Origin: an uncultured candidatus Porisulfidus sp.
GTDB lineage: Bacteria; Pseudomonadota; Gammaproteobacteria; Poriferisulfidales; Poriferisulfidaceae
NCBI GenBank assembly: GCA_965204575.1
Contig: OZ241993.1
Span: forward strand, 1,536,001-1,600,000
Direction: 5' to 3'
DNA: 64,000 nucleotides
Part shown: positions 38,800 to 49,908 of the stretch, piece after piece
Numbering within the stretch: the first letter of the stretch is position 1
How the letters are laid out: each line of letters starts with the position of its first letter
Made by a program: the position numbers and the translations under genes
Notes under the pieces: generated by a model
What the model was told of the DNA's origin: nothing
Database searches by the model: none
Seen by the model: only the letters and a program-made list of their open reading frames with translations

Positions 38800-39884
38800 A
38801 GATTCAGCTCCAATTCGTCCTCTTCAGCATAACGGGCCGCCAATTCCACCGCTTCCTTCCACATCGGCAATTGGTGCAAATTCTCGAGCGACTCGGCTCC
38901 CAGAGCACCACGCATTCGGAACAGGCGGAGACTGGCCACCGGATTATGGTCTTCCTTCAAGTGCTCCAGCACTTCGTTGACCGCCGGGCGATTATTGCAC
39001 AGCAGCGCCACATCGCAGCCCGCCTGGAACGCCGCCCGCACCCGGGACTCGATATCTTCGTGCAGATGGGCCGCATGCATGTTCAGGTCGTCGCTGAACA
39101 CCACTCCGGAGAAATTCATCTGGCTGCGCAAAGTGTGCTGCAACCATTTGTGCGAAAAGGTGACCGGGACCTCGTCCACCTCCGGGAAGATGACGTGGGC
39201 CGTCATGACTCCTTCGTCATAGGCCGATCCCAAATGTTCGAACGGAACCAGGTCCTCTCCCCGGATTTCCTGAAAACTGCGCTTGTCGACCGGCATGTCC
39301 TTGTGGGAATCTTCGTGCACGTGCCCATGCCCCGGGAAATGCTTGATCACCGATTTCATCCCGGCCTGGTGCATGCCTGCAATGTAGCGGGAAGCCAGTT
39401 CGGAGACGGTGTACGGATTCCGGTGGAAGGCTCGCCCGCCGATGACCTCGCTGGTCCCCCAGTTCAGATCCACCACGGGAGCGAACGAAATGTCCACGCC
39501 GACTGCCCTCAATTCGGCCGCCATCAGCCAGCCCATCAGCGTACAGGCCCGGTAGGCATGCTCCCGGTCCCGGCGGTACAGCTTGCCGAGCGCCTGGGCG
39601 GCCGGCAGACGCGTAAACCCTTTCCGAAAACGCTGGACTGTCCCGCCTTCCTGATCCACGCAGACCGCCAAGCTTGGCGTCCGAATCTGATGAACCTGTC
39701 GAATCAATTCCTTGAGTTGCTCGGGGGATTCGTAATTCCGTGTAAACAGGATTAGCCCCCCCACCAAGGGATGGGCAAGAACCTCACAATCCTCGGGATC
39801 CAACTCCTTCCCCGACACGTCCACGATCAGCGAACCCAGAGGAAGTTCCAAAGGGCTGGTACCCATCAAACTCTCCTGCTGCAT
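38796..39884 (-). CDS. nagZ: Beta-N-acetylhexosaminidase
   Basis: GLILF.RN, DQEGG.VQR, FAPV.D, KHFPGHG...DSH, SDDL.M. Confidence 0.95.
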   Translation of the reverse strand: MQQESLMGTSPLELPLGSLIVDVSGKELDPEDCEVLAHPLVGGLILFTRNYESPEQLKELIRQVHQIRTPSLAVCVDQEGGTVQRFRKGFTRLPAAQALGKLYRRDREHAYRACTLMGWLMAAELRAVGVDISFAPVVDLNWGTSEVIGGRAFHRNPYTVSELASRYIAGMHQAGMKSVIKHFPGHGHVHEDSHKDMPVDKRSFQEIRGEDLVPFEHLGSAYDEGVMTAHVIFPEVDEVPVTFSHKWLQHTLRSQMNFSGVVFSDDLNMHAAHLHEDIESRVRAAFQAGCDVALLCNNRPAVNEVLEHLKEDHNPVASLRLFRMRGALGAESLENLHQLPMWKEAVELAARYAEEDELELNL

Positions 39885-39931
39885 GATGCGTTACGATAGT
39901 TTGCACGACATTTGGCTTGGGAGGACATACC

Positions 39932-40345
39932 ATGCCTATACAAATCAAACGAGGATTCAAGGAAATGCTGTCCGAGGCCGCCGACCAAGTCGACGAAGTC
40001 TCCGTCGCGGCCGTTGCTCAGGCCCTGAACGAGCCCGGCGTCGTCATCGTCGACGTGCGCGACCAGAATGAACTGGTCCAAACCGGCACGGTGCCCGGTG
40101 CGCACCACGCCTCGCGCGGCATGCTGGAATTCCACGCCGACCCGTCTTCGCCGAAACATCTGCCGATCTTCGCTCAAGCCGAAAACCTGATCCTGTATTG
40201 CGGGACCAGCGGCCGCTCGGCACTGGCTGCCAACACGCTCAAGCAGATGGGCTTCGAAAACGTCAAACATATGGCCGGGGGATTCAAAGCCTGGGTCATG
40301 GCCGGCAATCCCGTGGATCCCTTCACGCCAGAAACCGGCGATTAA
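39932..40345 (+). CDS. Single-domain rhodanese-like protein
   Basis: VDVRD..E, RGMLEF.ADP, YCGTSGRS, GG..AW. Confidence 0.9.
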   Translation: MPIQIKRGFKEMLSEAADQVDEVSVAAVAQALNEPGVVIVDVRDQNELVQTGTVPGAHHASRGMLEFHADPSSPKHLPIFAQAENLILYCGTSGRSALAANTLKQMGFENVKHMAGGFKAWVMAGNPVDPFTPETGD

Positions 40346-40390
40346 TCTCGATTCTACCAAGGCCCGGGCGCTTCCGCTTCCGGGCCGCCC

Positions 40391-41719
40391 TCAATTGGCT
40401 GAACGCCTGCGCGCACTTTCCCGGATCTTCTGCAACCATTCCCCGATTGCCTTCTCGTAGCCCCGGTCGACGGGAAAATAAAACGACATGCCTTGCAGGG
40501 ACTCGGGCAGGTAGACTTCGTCAGCCACGTACCCGCTCTCGTGGTCGTGTGCGTACTGATAGTCTTTTCCATAGCCCAGATCCTTCATCAACTGGGTCGG
40601 GGCATTGCGCAAATGCATCGGAACTTCCAAAGTGCCCGATTTCTTGGCCTGCTCCATCGCGGCCTTGTAAGCCATATACACCGCATTGCTTTTGGGCGAG
40701 CAAGCCAGGTAGGCAACTGCCGATGCGATGGCCAGTTCTCCTTCGGGAGAACCCAATCGCTCATAGGCCTGCCAGGCGGACAGGCACAGGTTGAGTGCCT
40801 GTGGGGCGGCGTTTCCAATGTCCTCGCTCGCCATCCGCACCACGCGCCGGGCGATGTACCGGGGGTCGCAGCCTCCGTCCAGCATGCGGCACAGCCAGTA
40901 CAGGGCGGCGTCCGGATCGGAGCCCCGCACCGACTTGTGAAGCGCGGATATCTGGTCGTAGAAATACTCTCCGCCCTTGTCGAACCGCCGGGTGCCCTGC
41001 CCTGCGACCTGCTGCATGATCGCCGCGTCGATGACTTTCTTTCCTTCCTGCTCCGGCGCAAGGTCCAAGCCGATCTCCAACAGATTCAGCAAAACGCGCG
41101 CGTCGCCATCCGCCACCTGGATCATCAGGTCGCGCGCATCGTCCTCCAGCGTGGCCGGGCGTGCGCCCGCTCCCCGCTCTTCGTCCGTCAGCGCCCACTC
41201 AAGCAATTGCGCCAGATCCTCTTTCTCCAGCATCTTCAGGACATAGACGCGGACACGGGACAGCAAGGCGTTGTTGAGTTCGAACGAGGGATTCTCCGTC
41301 GTCGCGCCAAGCAGGTAGATCGTCCCGTCCTCGACATGCGGCAGGAAGACGTCCTGCTGCGCCTTGTTGAGACGATGGACCTCATCGATGAACAGCGCGG
41401 TGGCCTGCTGGTCGCGATCCTGGGCCAGCCGGGCCTCCGCAATCGCCTCGCGGATTTCCTTCACTCCGGCCAGCACGGCCGAAAGGCTGACGAAGCGGGC
41501 CTCGGCATATCGGCTGATCAGTTTCGCCAGCGTGGTCTTGCCCGTGCCCGGAGGCCCCCAGAACACCATGGAGTGGAGCTTCCCGGCCTCGACCGCCTGC
41601 CGCAGAGGCAATCCTTCCGCGAGCAGATGCTGTTGTCCGACGAATTCTTCCAGGTTCTGCGGGCGCATCCGGTCCGCCAGCGGGCGGAATTCTTTTCTCG
41701 AATCGAACAGCTCGCTCAT
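40391..41719 (-). CDS. rarA: Replication-associated recombination protein A
   Basis: PLADRMRP, WGPPGTGKTT, GATTENPSF, SALHKS.RGSD, SEDIGNA. Confidence 0.97.
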   Translation of the reverse strand: MSELFDSRKEFRPLADRMRPQNLEEFVGQQHLLAEGLPLRQAVEAGKLHSMVFWGPPGTGKTTLAKLISRYAEARFVSLSAVLAGVKEIREAIAEARLAQDRDQQATALFIDEVHRLNKAQQDVFLPHVEDGTIYLLGATTENPSFELNNALLSRVRVYVLKMLEKEDLAQLLEWALTDEERGAGARPATLEDDARDLMIQVADGDARVLLNLLEIGLDLAPEQEGKKVIDAAIMQQVAGQGTRRFDKGGEYFYDQISALHKSVRGSDPDAALYWLCRMLDGGCDPRYIARRVVRMASEDIGNAAPQALNLCLSAWQAYERLGSPEGELAIASAVAYLACSPKSNAVYMAYKAAMEQAKKSGTLEVPMHLRNAPTQLMKDLGYGKDYQYAHDHESGYVADEVYLPESLQGMSFYFPVDRGYEKAIGEWLQKIRESARRRSAN

Positions 41720-42357
41720 TGGGTCGGCGTGCCGAGAATATCCGTGCCCCGTGGCGGCTGATAGGAAAAGAACTCTGGCTGCAGAGAGGGATTCACCTGG
41801 ACTTGTTCAAACCGGACCTGCACTTCCTGCCCGAACTGATCGATGAAATGCAAGCGTTCCAGTGTGCCCGAACGCAAGCCAATCAAAAGCTCGACCGGCC
41901 GCGAGACATCTGCCCGGGATTGCAACACGACCCAATCGATCCCGTCCTGATGCTGGGTGCGTTCGACCGCGAATAGATCTTCCAAAACCCGCGAGCCCAG
42001 CAAAGCCGAAAGCGGCGTATCGTTTAGCGCGTCTTCCACCCGCGCGACGGTGGCCTGCTCAAGAATCGGATCGTAAGACCAGAAATTGACACCATCGGAA
42101 ACCAGGATCAGGGGTTCGGGCTCCCGATAATTCCAGCGCATGAAATTCGGACGCAACAGGCTCATGTCGCCATGCCCGGAGGACAGGAGCTCCCCGTCCG
42201 CCGACCGGACTTCCTGCTGGAAAAACGCCGTCAGGGATTGAGTCTGTTCGAAAAACCGCTCAAGTTCGCTCTCCGGGGTCGCCGGCACATCCTGAATTGC
42301 GACCAGCCCGAACAGGCCGACAAAAACGAGGGACCGGACCGCCGGAGACGTCATCAC
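41716..42357 (-). CDS. lolA: Outer-membrane lipoprotein chaperone
   Basis: A.F.Q, RP...RW.Y..P, SDG...W.YDP.LEQ.T; ftsK-lolA-rarA synteny. Confidence 0.93.
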   Translation of the reverse strand: MMTSPAVRSLVFVGLFGLVAIQDVPATPESELERFFEQTQSLTAFFQQEVRSADGELLSSGHGDMSLLRPNFMRWNYREPEPLILVSDGVNFWSYDPILEQATVARVEDALNDTPLSALLGSRVLEDLFAVERTQHQDGIDWVVLQSRADVSRPVELLIGLRSGTLERLHFIDQFGQEVQVRFEQVQVNPSLQPEFFSYQPPRGTDILGTPTQ

Positions 42358-44693
42358 GATTCGTCTGGCGGAGGCAGAAGCACCTCGCGGGCGCCCCCCG
42401 GCTGCACCGCACCGACAATCCCCGCTTTCTCCATTTCCTCGATCATCCGGGCGGCACGGTTGTAACCGACCTTGAGACGCCGCTGCAGGTACGAGACGGA
42501 GGCCTTCCGGTCCCGGCGCACGATCTCCACCGCCGCCTGATACAGCGGATCCTCGGCGCCCTCTTCATCACTTTCCTCGGTCAGCCCGGGAATTGAGACG
42601 GTCGTGTCTTCTTGTGTGACTTCTTCCAGATAGTCGGGCTCGCCACCGTGCTCGCGCAGGTACTTGGCTACCTGGCGGACCTCGTCGTCCGAAATGAACG
42701 CGCCATGGACCCGCTTGGGCAACGTCTCTCCCGAATCCAGGAACAGCATGTCCCCATGCCCCAGCAGTTGTTCCGCTCCGCCCTGGTCCAGAATCGTGCG
42801 CGAGTCGATCTGCGAGGCAACCCGGAAAGAAATACGCGCGGGGATATTCGACTTGATCAGGCCGGTGATCACTTCCCGCGTCGGGCGCTGCGTGGCAAGA
42901 ATCAGGTGGATGCCGGCGGCACGGGCCTTCTGTGCCAGGCGAATGATGTAATCCTCGACCTTTTTCCCGGCCACCATCATCATGTCTGCGAATTCATCAA
43001 TCACGACCACGATATGGGGCAGATGTTCCAACGGCGGCACCTCGTCGTCCTCGCCAAGGCTCTCGTGTGTCGGATTCGGGATGGGTTCCTTGTTCTTGGC
43101 CGCTTCTTCGATCTTCCGGTTGTAGCCGTTCAAGTTGCGCACGCCCAGCCTCGACATGACCGTATAGCGTCGCTCCATCTCGCCCACGCACCACAACAGG
43201 GCCCGGGCCGCCTGCCCCATGTTGGTGACCACCGGGGTCAGCAAATTGGGAATGCCTTCGTAAATGGCGAGTTCCAGCATCTTCGGGTCGATCAGGATCA
43301 ACCGCAGGTCCCGCGGCAGGGCCTTGTACAACAAGCTCAAAATCATGGCGTTGATCGCCACCGACTTCCCGGAGCCGGTCGTCCCGGCCACCAGAAGGTG
43401 CGGCATTTTCGCCAGGTCGCAAACCACCGGTTCGCCGCTGATGCTCTTGCCGAGCGCCAGCGTCAGCAAGGACGGGGACTGGTTGAACGCGGCCGACCGC
43501 AGGATCTCGCTGGCCATCACCATCTCGCGGTCCTCGTTCGGCACCTCCAGGCCGATGACCGCTTTCCCCTCGACCACTTCCTCCACGCGGACGCTGACCA
43601 CCGACAGCGAGCGTGCCAGGTCCTTCGCATAGCTGCTGATCTTGCTGCCCCGCACTCCCGGGGCCGGCTCCAGGTCGAAGCGAGTCACGATCGGGCCGGG
43701 CGTCACGGCCACTACCGTGACGTCAACCTTGAATTCTTCCATTTTGATTTCAATCTGTTTCGACATATTGCTGAGAGCTTCCTCAGAATAGCCCATGCTC
43801 CCTTCCACGGGTTCGTCCAACAGGTCGAGCGGCGGCAATTCCTTGGTGCCGCTGGCGGGCAGCAAGGAAATCTGCTTCTCTTTTGCCTGCCTTTTGATAT
43901 CGGCTTCGATCTGGATCTTGGGTTCGATCCGGGTGGGACTCTTGGCCGCCCTTTTCGCCTTTGTCCGCTTCCGTTTTTCTTCCCGCTGCTGGCGATCCTG
44001 GCGTCCGGAAAAATATTCGCGAATGCGCTGGGTTCCTGCGGCCGCCGCAGTCCCTCCCTCCCAGGCCCATTTTCCGGCCAGATCCACGACCTTCAGCCAC
44101 GAAAAGCTGGTCCACAGGGTGGTGCCGACTAACAGCAGTGCCAGCAGCAGCACCGTTGCACCCACTTCGCTGAACGCTGCGACGAACCCGCTCGCGACGC
44201 CTTTCCCGATCAGCCCGCCGCTTCCGGTCGGCAAGACCGGGGCCAACAGGTAGATTCCGATCAGGGCACAGGCCGCCATCAGCGTCATGAAGAATCCACC
44301 CCAGCGCATCGCGGCCAAACCCCAACCAGGCTTCTTCGCATCCCCTGGGATTGCCCTCTGGCTGTATAGAAGCCAGCCGTGATACCCCAGCATGAACGGA
44401 ACCAGGTATGCGATATAGCCCAACAGGTACAGCAACAAATCGGCCACGATCGCGCCGACCTTTCCGGCTGCGTTCCGGACGCTCCCGTCCCCGGTGTCGA
44501 ACCAACTCGGATCGTCCGGATGGTAAGTAATCAATGCGACCAGCAGGTAGACGGCCAAGGCCGAAAAGACGAGCAGCGCGCCCTCGCGGAACACCGGAGA
44601 CATGCGGGGAGGCTGCGAATCTTGCTTTTTCGCGCGTTTAGGGGGCTTCTTTTTCAAAACGGGAGCGAGATGTTTGCTCAAATTATAGGGCAA
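42354..44693 (-). CDS. ftsK: DNA translocase FtsK
   Basis: N-terminal TMs, PHLLVAGTTGSGKS, IDPKMLEL, ATQRP, gamma domain GYNRAAR; exact start uncertain. Confidence 0.97.
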   Translation of the reverse strand: MPYNLSKHLAPVLKKKPPKRAKKQDSQPPRMSPVFREGALLVFSALAVYLLVALITYHPDDPSWFDTGDGSVRNAAGKVGAIVADLLLYLLGYIAYLVPFMLGYHGWLLYSQRAIPGDAKKPGWGLAAMRWGGFFMTLMAACALIGIYLLAPVLPTGSGGLIGKGVASGFVAAFSEVGATVLLLALLLVGTTLWTSFSWLKVVDLAGKWAWEGGTAAAAGTQRIREYFSGRQDRQQREEKRKRTKAKRAAKSPTRIEPKIQIEADIKRQAKEKQISLLPASGTKELPPLDLLDEPVEGSMGYSEEALSNMSKQIEIKMEEFKVDVTVVAVTPGPIVTRFDLEPAPGVRGSKISSYAKDLARSLSVVSVRVEEVVEGKAVIGLEVPNEDREMVMASEILRSAAFNQSPSLLTLALGKSISGEPVVCDLAKMPHLLVAGTTGSGKSVAINAMILSLLYKALPRDLRLILIDPKMLELAIYEGIPNLLTPVVTNMGQAARALLWCVGEMERRYTVMSRLGVRNLNGYNRKIEEAAKNKEPIPNPTHESLGEDDEVPPLEHLPHIVVVIDEFADMMMVAGKKVEDYIIRLAQKARAAGIHLILATQRPTREVITGLIKSNIPARISFRVASQIDSRTILDQGGAEQLLGHGDMLFLDSGETLPKRVHGAFISDDEVRQVAKYLREHGGEPDYLEEVTQEDTTVSIPGLTEESDEEGAEDPLYQAAVEIVRRDRKASVSYLQRRLKVGYNRAARMIEEMEKAGIVGAVQPGGAREVLLPPPDES

Positions 44694-44719
44694 GGCGCTC
44701 CCGGCTTCCGCTAAAATAG

Positions 44720-45685
<966 letters not shown>

Positions 45686-45781
45686 ATGACGCCAGAACGC
45701 ACACGCCGCGTGTGCCTGGGCTGGTCTCAGCCGCTCACGGCAGCGCAAGACGAAGCCATTCCATCACGTCTCCGTTCAGCG

Positions 45782-48679
45782 TCAAAAACTCATGTGGGCG
45801 GTAATCCTGGCCTTGACTTCCGTATCTTCAGCGGAACTTGAGATGTCGCTCGCAGCGCCCAGTTCTCCCCGCAGGGTCAGTTTGTCCTGCAGTACGCTCC
45901 TTTCTCCGCCCATCGCGATGCGGACACGTGTGCGCGACATGCGCTGGCTAAGTGATGTCCCCGACACGTCTACACTGGTGCCGGTCCCAAACTCCCGCTG
46001 AAACTCAGCGAGCACCCAGCCTTGGCTTCCTTCAAATGTCACGCCAAGCCCGCCCATCGTTCGGTCGTCCGAATCGGACGATACACGCCCTCCGAACTTG
46101 TCCACGAAACTGTCGGGGTCAACTTCCGAATACACAACCCGGACATGCGGCGTGGCGGTCAGTTGGGCCATTTCCAGGCGTCGGCCAGACTCAAGAGCAA
46201 GCGCCCAACCCATGCCATCGACACCGGATTTCAGTGTTCCCCGAGCAGTTCCCGAAAGGTCGATGTCGTACCAGTTCGCAGCACCCTGGGCGTCAAAATA
46301 AACTCCATTTTGAAGGCGCCAGGTCAACGATGCTCCCAACCCGTAACTTTCCGTGTCGATTTCGCCTCCGCCCAAGTCGGGCCTCCCAGAGATGTCCGTA
46401 GATGAGTCGCCGTAGTGGACACTCACCCCCGCTTCGAAACCCTCGCCGACCAGAAACCCGTATCCCGCCTGCAGGACCCAGCGTTCCATTTGCCAGTCGG
46501 TGCCGGTCGTCGAGTCTGTCGGCCCCCGAGTAGCACGGCTGCCTTCCGCCCGCATCCAGAATGGTTCGGCTTGCGATGTCGCACGACCTCGCTCTTGCCA
46601 TGTCGACAGGCGATTCAATGTGTGAAGCGTCTCGGGGAGTGATTCATATATGAAAGCGCGCGGTCCAAATTCCCGGCCAAACTCGACAATGTCGAAGTCC
46701 GGGTCGCCATCGGCCTTCCTGACCGTCAGGTCGAAAACAGATTCAGGCGTGGGGGCTGTCCGCTGGATCACCTCGCCGTTGTCGACGAGTTTCGCTCCGT
46801 GCGCTTCCACGTCCAAATTATGACCATCCCTGTTCTGGTTCCAGACCTGCTGGCCATCGATACGCGGGTTGCCGCGAAGGATGACGTCAAGATCCCCACC
46901 CGTATTGTGAGCCGCCACTTTCGTCTCCGCGACGATTTGCCCTTCGATCGTGATGATGCTCCTTCCTTGAGTCTTTATCCCATATCCATCGCCTTTGATC
47001 TCGATCCATGAATTGATGCCGGTCCGGACCATATTCGTGCCGGTCCCGCCCGTGCCGTCCACATGGATTCCATGTCCGTCGCCGCTCGCGGTGATTCGCC
47101 CCTCGACCGTGACGTCGCTCGCTCCCTGGGCGTAGATCCCCGCGCCTGCCCCTTCAATCTCGATTCGTGAATTGGCACCGGTCCGGATCGTACTCCTGTC
47201 GGTTCCGCCCGTGCCGTCCACGTGGATTCCATGCCCGTCGCCACCCACGGTGATTCGCCCCCCGGCCGTGATGTCGCTCTTTCCCTGGACGAAGATTCCC
47301 GCGCCTCCCCCTTCGACCTCGATTCGTGAATTGGTGCCGGTCCCGATCGTATTCGTGCCGGTACTGCTTACATAGACTCCATGCCCACCGCTGCCCGCGG
47401 TGATTCGCCCCCCGACCGTGATGTCGCTTTCTCCTTGGGCGAAGATTCCATACCCGCCGTCTCCGGTCTCTATTTGTGAAGTGGAATCCATTGTGATGCG
47501 ATTGGCGCCCGTGTTGTCCGGATTTTCCTGGCGGTAGATCAGAATCCCGTGGACATTGGCGGCGGTCGTCACGACCTTGCTGTTGACGAGGTTGATGTCA
47601 ATATCCAGATTGTCCGCCGCTTCCGGGTTGGTCGAGTGCACGGGATTCCGCGTGAAAATGCCGTAACTCGCCACACCCTCCGTGACGATGCTGCTGTTGC
47701 TCAGGAGAATGTCGATCTTTCCGGAGCCCTGATGCCGCGCGTAAAGTCCATACGCGGCAAACCTCGGAGTACTGGTTCGAATCTCCGAGTCTCTCACCTT
47801 CAGCGAAAGCGTCTTATCTCCCGGGTCCGGGGCCCGGCCGAACTTTTTCGCATTCCATACGACGCCGTTTACGCCATAGCCATCCGCAGTGATGATTTTC
47901 ACGCGTTCCGCATTGACGCTCACGTTGCCGTTCGCATCATGCCAACCCCCAATGGCATGGCCACTTGGGCCGGTGGTGGTGATCTGCGTATCCGCCACGT
48001 CGACCCGGACATCGCCTGTGCCGACATGCACGCCGTTGATGGCACGGGCATACGTGCTGAAGGTGCTCTTTTCAACGGTCAGGGCAAGATCTCGGCGCGT
48101 TGCGGAGGTATCCGCATCGTGCGCAGAGAGAGTCAGGTTGAAACCCCTCGCATTGGCGCTGCCTGCATCCGCCTCGGTCGTCGTCAACTCGACCCCTGAG
48201 ACCAAGGCCGACAAGTTGCCCGGACCATTGTGCTCAATCCAGACGCCATTGGGTCGTGTCGGGAAATAGTCGTGGGGGTCATCCACACTATCGTTGATCA
48301 CGATTCCGTTCCCGCCTTTCAGGTCCCGGAACTCGATCGTGTAATCGTTCGTCTCCGGGGGTGGATAGCCTAGCCGGTAGACGATATTTCCATCCGTTGC
48401 CGGGTCGTAGGTCTCCGCATCACAAACGATGGTCCCTCCGGAAGCCGGGGCTGCACCGCATTCATCGTCCGCCAGAGCCGTCTGGCCTGCCAGTCCCAGC
48501 ACAGCGATAGATAGGAAAAGCCCTCTCAGGGGAAGGCCAATGACTGAAAACTTCTTTGGGAGGCGAACTAAAGCGGCAATTCGCCGCGAAAAACAAGGTG
48601 ATTCTAATTTAAGGGGGGGGGGGGGGTCAACGCCGCAACATCGCAGCAGGAACCCTCTGGAGATAAAGAACCCATTCAC
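45782..48679 (-). CDS. Autotransporter (type Va) with beta-helix-like repeat passenger
   Basis: AGGAGG RBS before GTG 48679; signal peptide ending QTALA|DD; Gly/Thr-rich repeats; C-terminal beta-barrel ending in F. Confidence 0.85.
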   Translation of the reverse strand: MNGFFISRGFLLRCCGVDPPPPLKLESPCFSRRIAALVRLPKKFSVIGLPLRGLFLSIAVLGLAGQTALADDECGAAPASGGTIVCDAETYDPATDGNIVYRLGYPPPETNDYTIEFRDLKGGNGIVINDSVDDPHDYFPTRPNGVWIEHNGPGNLSALVSGVELTTTEADAGSANARGFNLTLSAHDADTSATRRDLALTVEKSTFSTYARAINGVHVGTGDVRVDVADTQITTTGPSGHAIGGWHDANGNVSVNAERVKIITADGYGVNGVVWNAKKFGRAPDPGDKTLSLKVRDSEIRTSTPRFAAYGLYARHQGSGKIDILLSNSSIVTEGVASYGIFTRNPVHSTNPEAADNLDIDINLVNSKVVTTAANVHGILIYRQENPDNTGANRITMDSTSQIETGDGGYGIFAQGESDITVGGRITAGSGGHGVYVSSTGTNTIGTGTNSRIEVEGGGAGIFVQGKSDITAGGRITVGGDGHGIHVDGTGGTDRSTIRTGANSRIEIEGAGAGIYAQGASDVTVEGRITASGDGHGIHVDGTGGTGTNMVRTGINSWIEIKGDGYGIKTQGRSIITIEGQIVAETKVAAHNTGGDLDVILRGNPRIDGQQVWNQNRDGHNLDVEAHGAKLVDNGEVIQRTAPTPESVFDLTVRKADGDPDFDIVEFGREFGPRAFIYESLPETLHTLNRLSTWQERGRATSQAEPFWMRAEGSRATRGPTDSTTGTDWQMERWVLQAGYGFLVGEGFEAGVSVHYGDSSTDISGRPDLGGGEIDTESYGLGASLTWRLQNGVYFDAQGAANWYDIDLSGTARGTLKSGVDGMGWALALESGRRLEMAQLTATPHVRVVYSEVDPDSFVDKFGGRVSSDSDDRTMGGLGVTFEGSQGWVLAEFQREFGTGTSVDVSGTSLSQRMSRTRVRIAMGGERSVLQDKLTLRGELGAASDISSSAEDTEVKARITAHMSF
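46960..47460 (-). repeat. About three imperfect tandem repeats of 50-53 aa (150-159 nt) in the autotransporter passenger
   Basis: SD(I/V)T..GRIT...GHG(I/V).V..TG...T..TG.NS.IE..G.G.GI..QG repeated; DNA repeats such as GGTGATTCGCCCC. Confidence 0.85.
48613..48626. repeat. G14/C14 homopolymer in the 5' coding region of the autotransporter
   Basis: 14 consecutive G on the + strand. Confidence 0.95.
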
Positions 48680-48879
48680 AGCTCCTCCTGTTAGGAATTT
48701 TCTTCGTGGACTGGCCGAAATTCTAGCACATCCTTCGGCCCGCACGGTGCAAGTTCAGGTCGAGAAAGCCTGACCTGCAGCTGTCAACTAATCGCTATAA
48801 GACTCCTTGAGAGTCTGATGCACTTGCACACACAATCCCGACCGCAATAATCACGCAGGCTGCGTTCGGCGGGCGAAAA

Positions 48880-49908
48880 TCACTCGGGCTCCTCGCCTCC
48901 CTCCAGAATGTCGGCCCAGCGCAGTGCCATGCTGTCGTGGGCGAAGGACGGGATTCGGAACGCCCAGTCCTCAAGGTGTCGGGCAAGCATACTCGCCCGG
49001 GCACGATCCTCGTCGCTCATGTCCTCTCCCAAGTGCACCGCAAAGCGGGCATACCGTTCCACATCCACCGGGAACAAGCGCGCCTCCAGGCTATAGCCCT
49101 GATAGAACTCGTACCGGGCCCGGGCCGCGTCTTCCAGGTAAACCTCGGCCTGGGATACCGGCATGACATCCTCCAGCGACAGGCTGGTGATGGCGCTGGC
49201 CATGCGGTTGAGCGCGTACTCGTTTTTCAGCATCGCGCCTTCGGGGAGGTCGAGTACGGTGAATTTCACGTCCGCGGCGTCTTCCGCACGTTGTCCCTCG
49301 ATTCTTTCGCCATCCGGGTGCACGACTTCCATCCGGCGTATATGCTCCATCCCGATATCCAGTAGCTCCGGGTCGAGCCAGCGCCGCGGTTCGTTTGGGA
49401 TCGTGAACGTCCGGTCCACAAGCCAGCCCTGATCGTCATCGGCATTTCGTACATAAGTGGCGCTGCGTCCATCCGGGTTCGCGCCAATGCGAACCGACCG
49501 GGCACCTTCCGCGGAATGAAGCGCGACCTGCTGTCCTTTTGCCTCAAGCCGTTCGATTCCACCCAGGCCCAACTGGGCATGCTGCGCCGGATCATGGGTC
49601 TTGCGCTCAAGCAGTTTCGCTTTCGACAAATCCAGCAACAGGCTGCGGATGGTGCCTACATTCGCAGGATAGTGCTGGCGCTGCACCACTCCCCACCCTT
49701 CCGGGCGACGCTCCAGGGTGACCTGCGGCATGCTCCCCGGCCCGGTGACGTCGATGCGGGTTACGGAGTTGATATCGAGATTCTCAAGCCACAAGCTCCC
49801 GATGTATTCCTGGTCGCCGGACTGGTAGCGAATGTTGTACGTCGCGGCAGTCAGGAGCAGCACGACCCCAGTCAGGATCGCCAGGGTGCTCAGTTCGCGA
49901 CGGTTCAT
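48880..49908 (-). CDS. DUF4340-domain protein
   Basis: N-terminal TM, YPA, LE.KT.DP....LGL, YVR; follows GldG-like gene. Confidence 0.8.
   Translation of the reverse strand: MNRRELSTLAILTGVVLLLTAATYNIRYQSGDQEYIGSLWLENLDINSVTRIDVTGPGSMPQVTLERRPEGWGVVQRQHYPANVGTIRSLLLDLSKAKLLERKTHDPAQHAQLGLGGIERLEAKGQQVALHSAEGARSVRIGANPDGRSATYVRNADDDQGWLVDRTFTIPNEPRRWLDPELLDIGMEHIRRMEVVHPDGERIEGQRAEDAADVKFTVLDLPEGAMLKNEYALNRMASAITSLSLEDVMPVSQAEVYLEDAARARYEFYQGYSLEARLFPVDVERYARFAVHLGEDMSDEDRARASMLARHLEDWAFRIPSFAHDSMALRWADILEGGEEPE

Noticed and set aside
45699-45715. Hairpin GCACACG-CCG-CGTGTGC after trxB as a REP-like element
   Set aside because: Single copy with no U-tract; most likely an ordinary 3' stem between convergent genes
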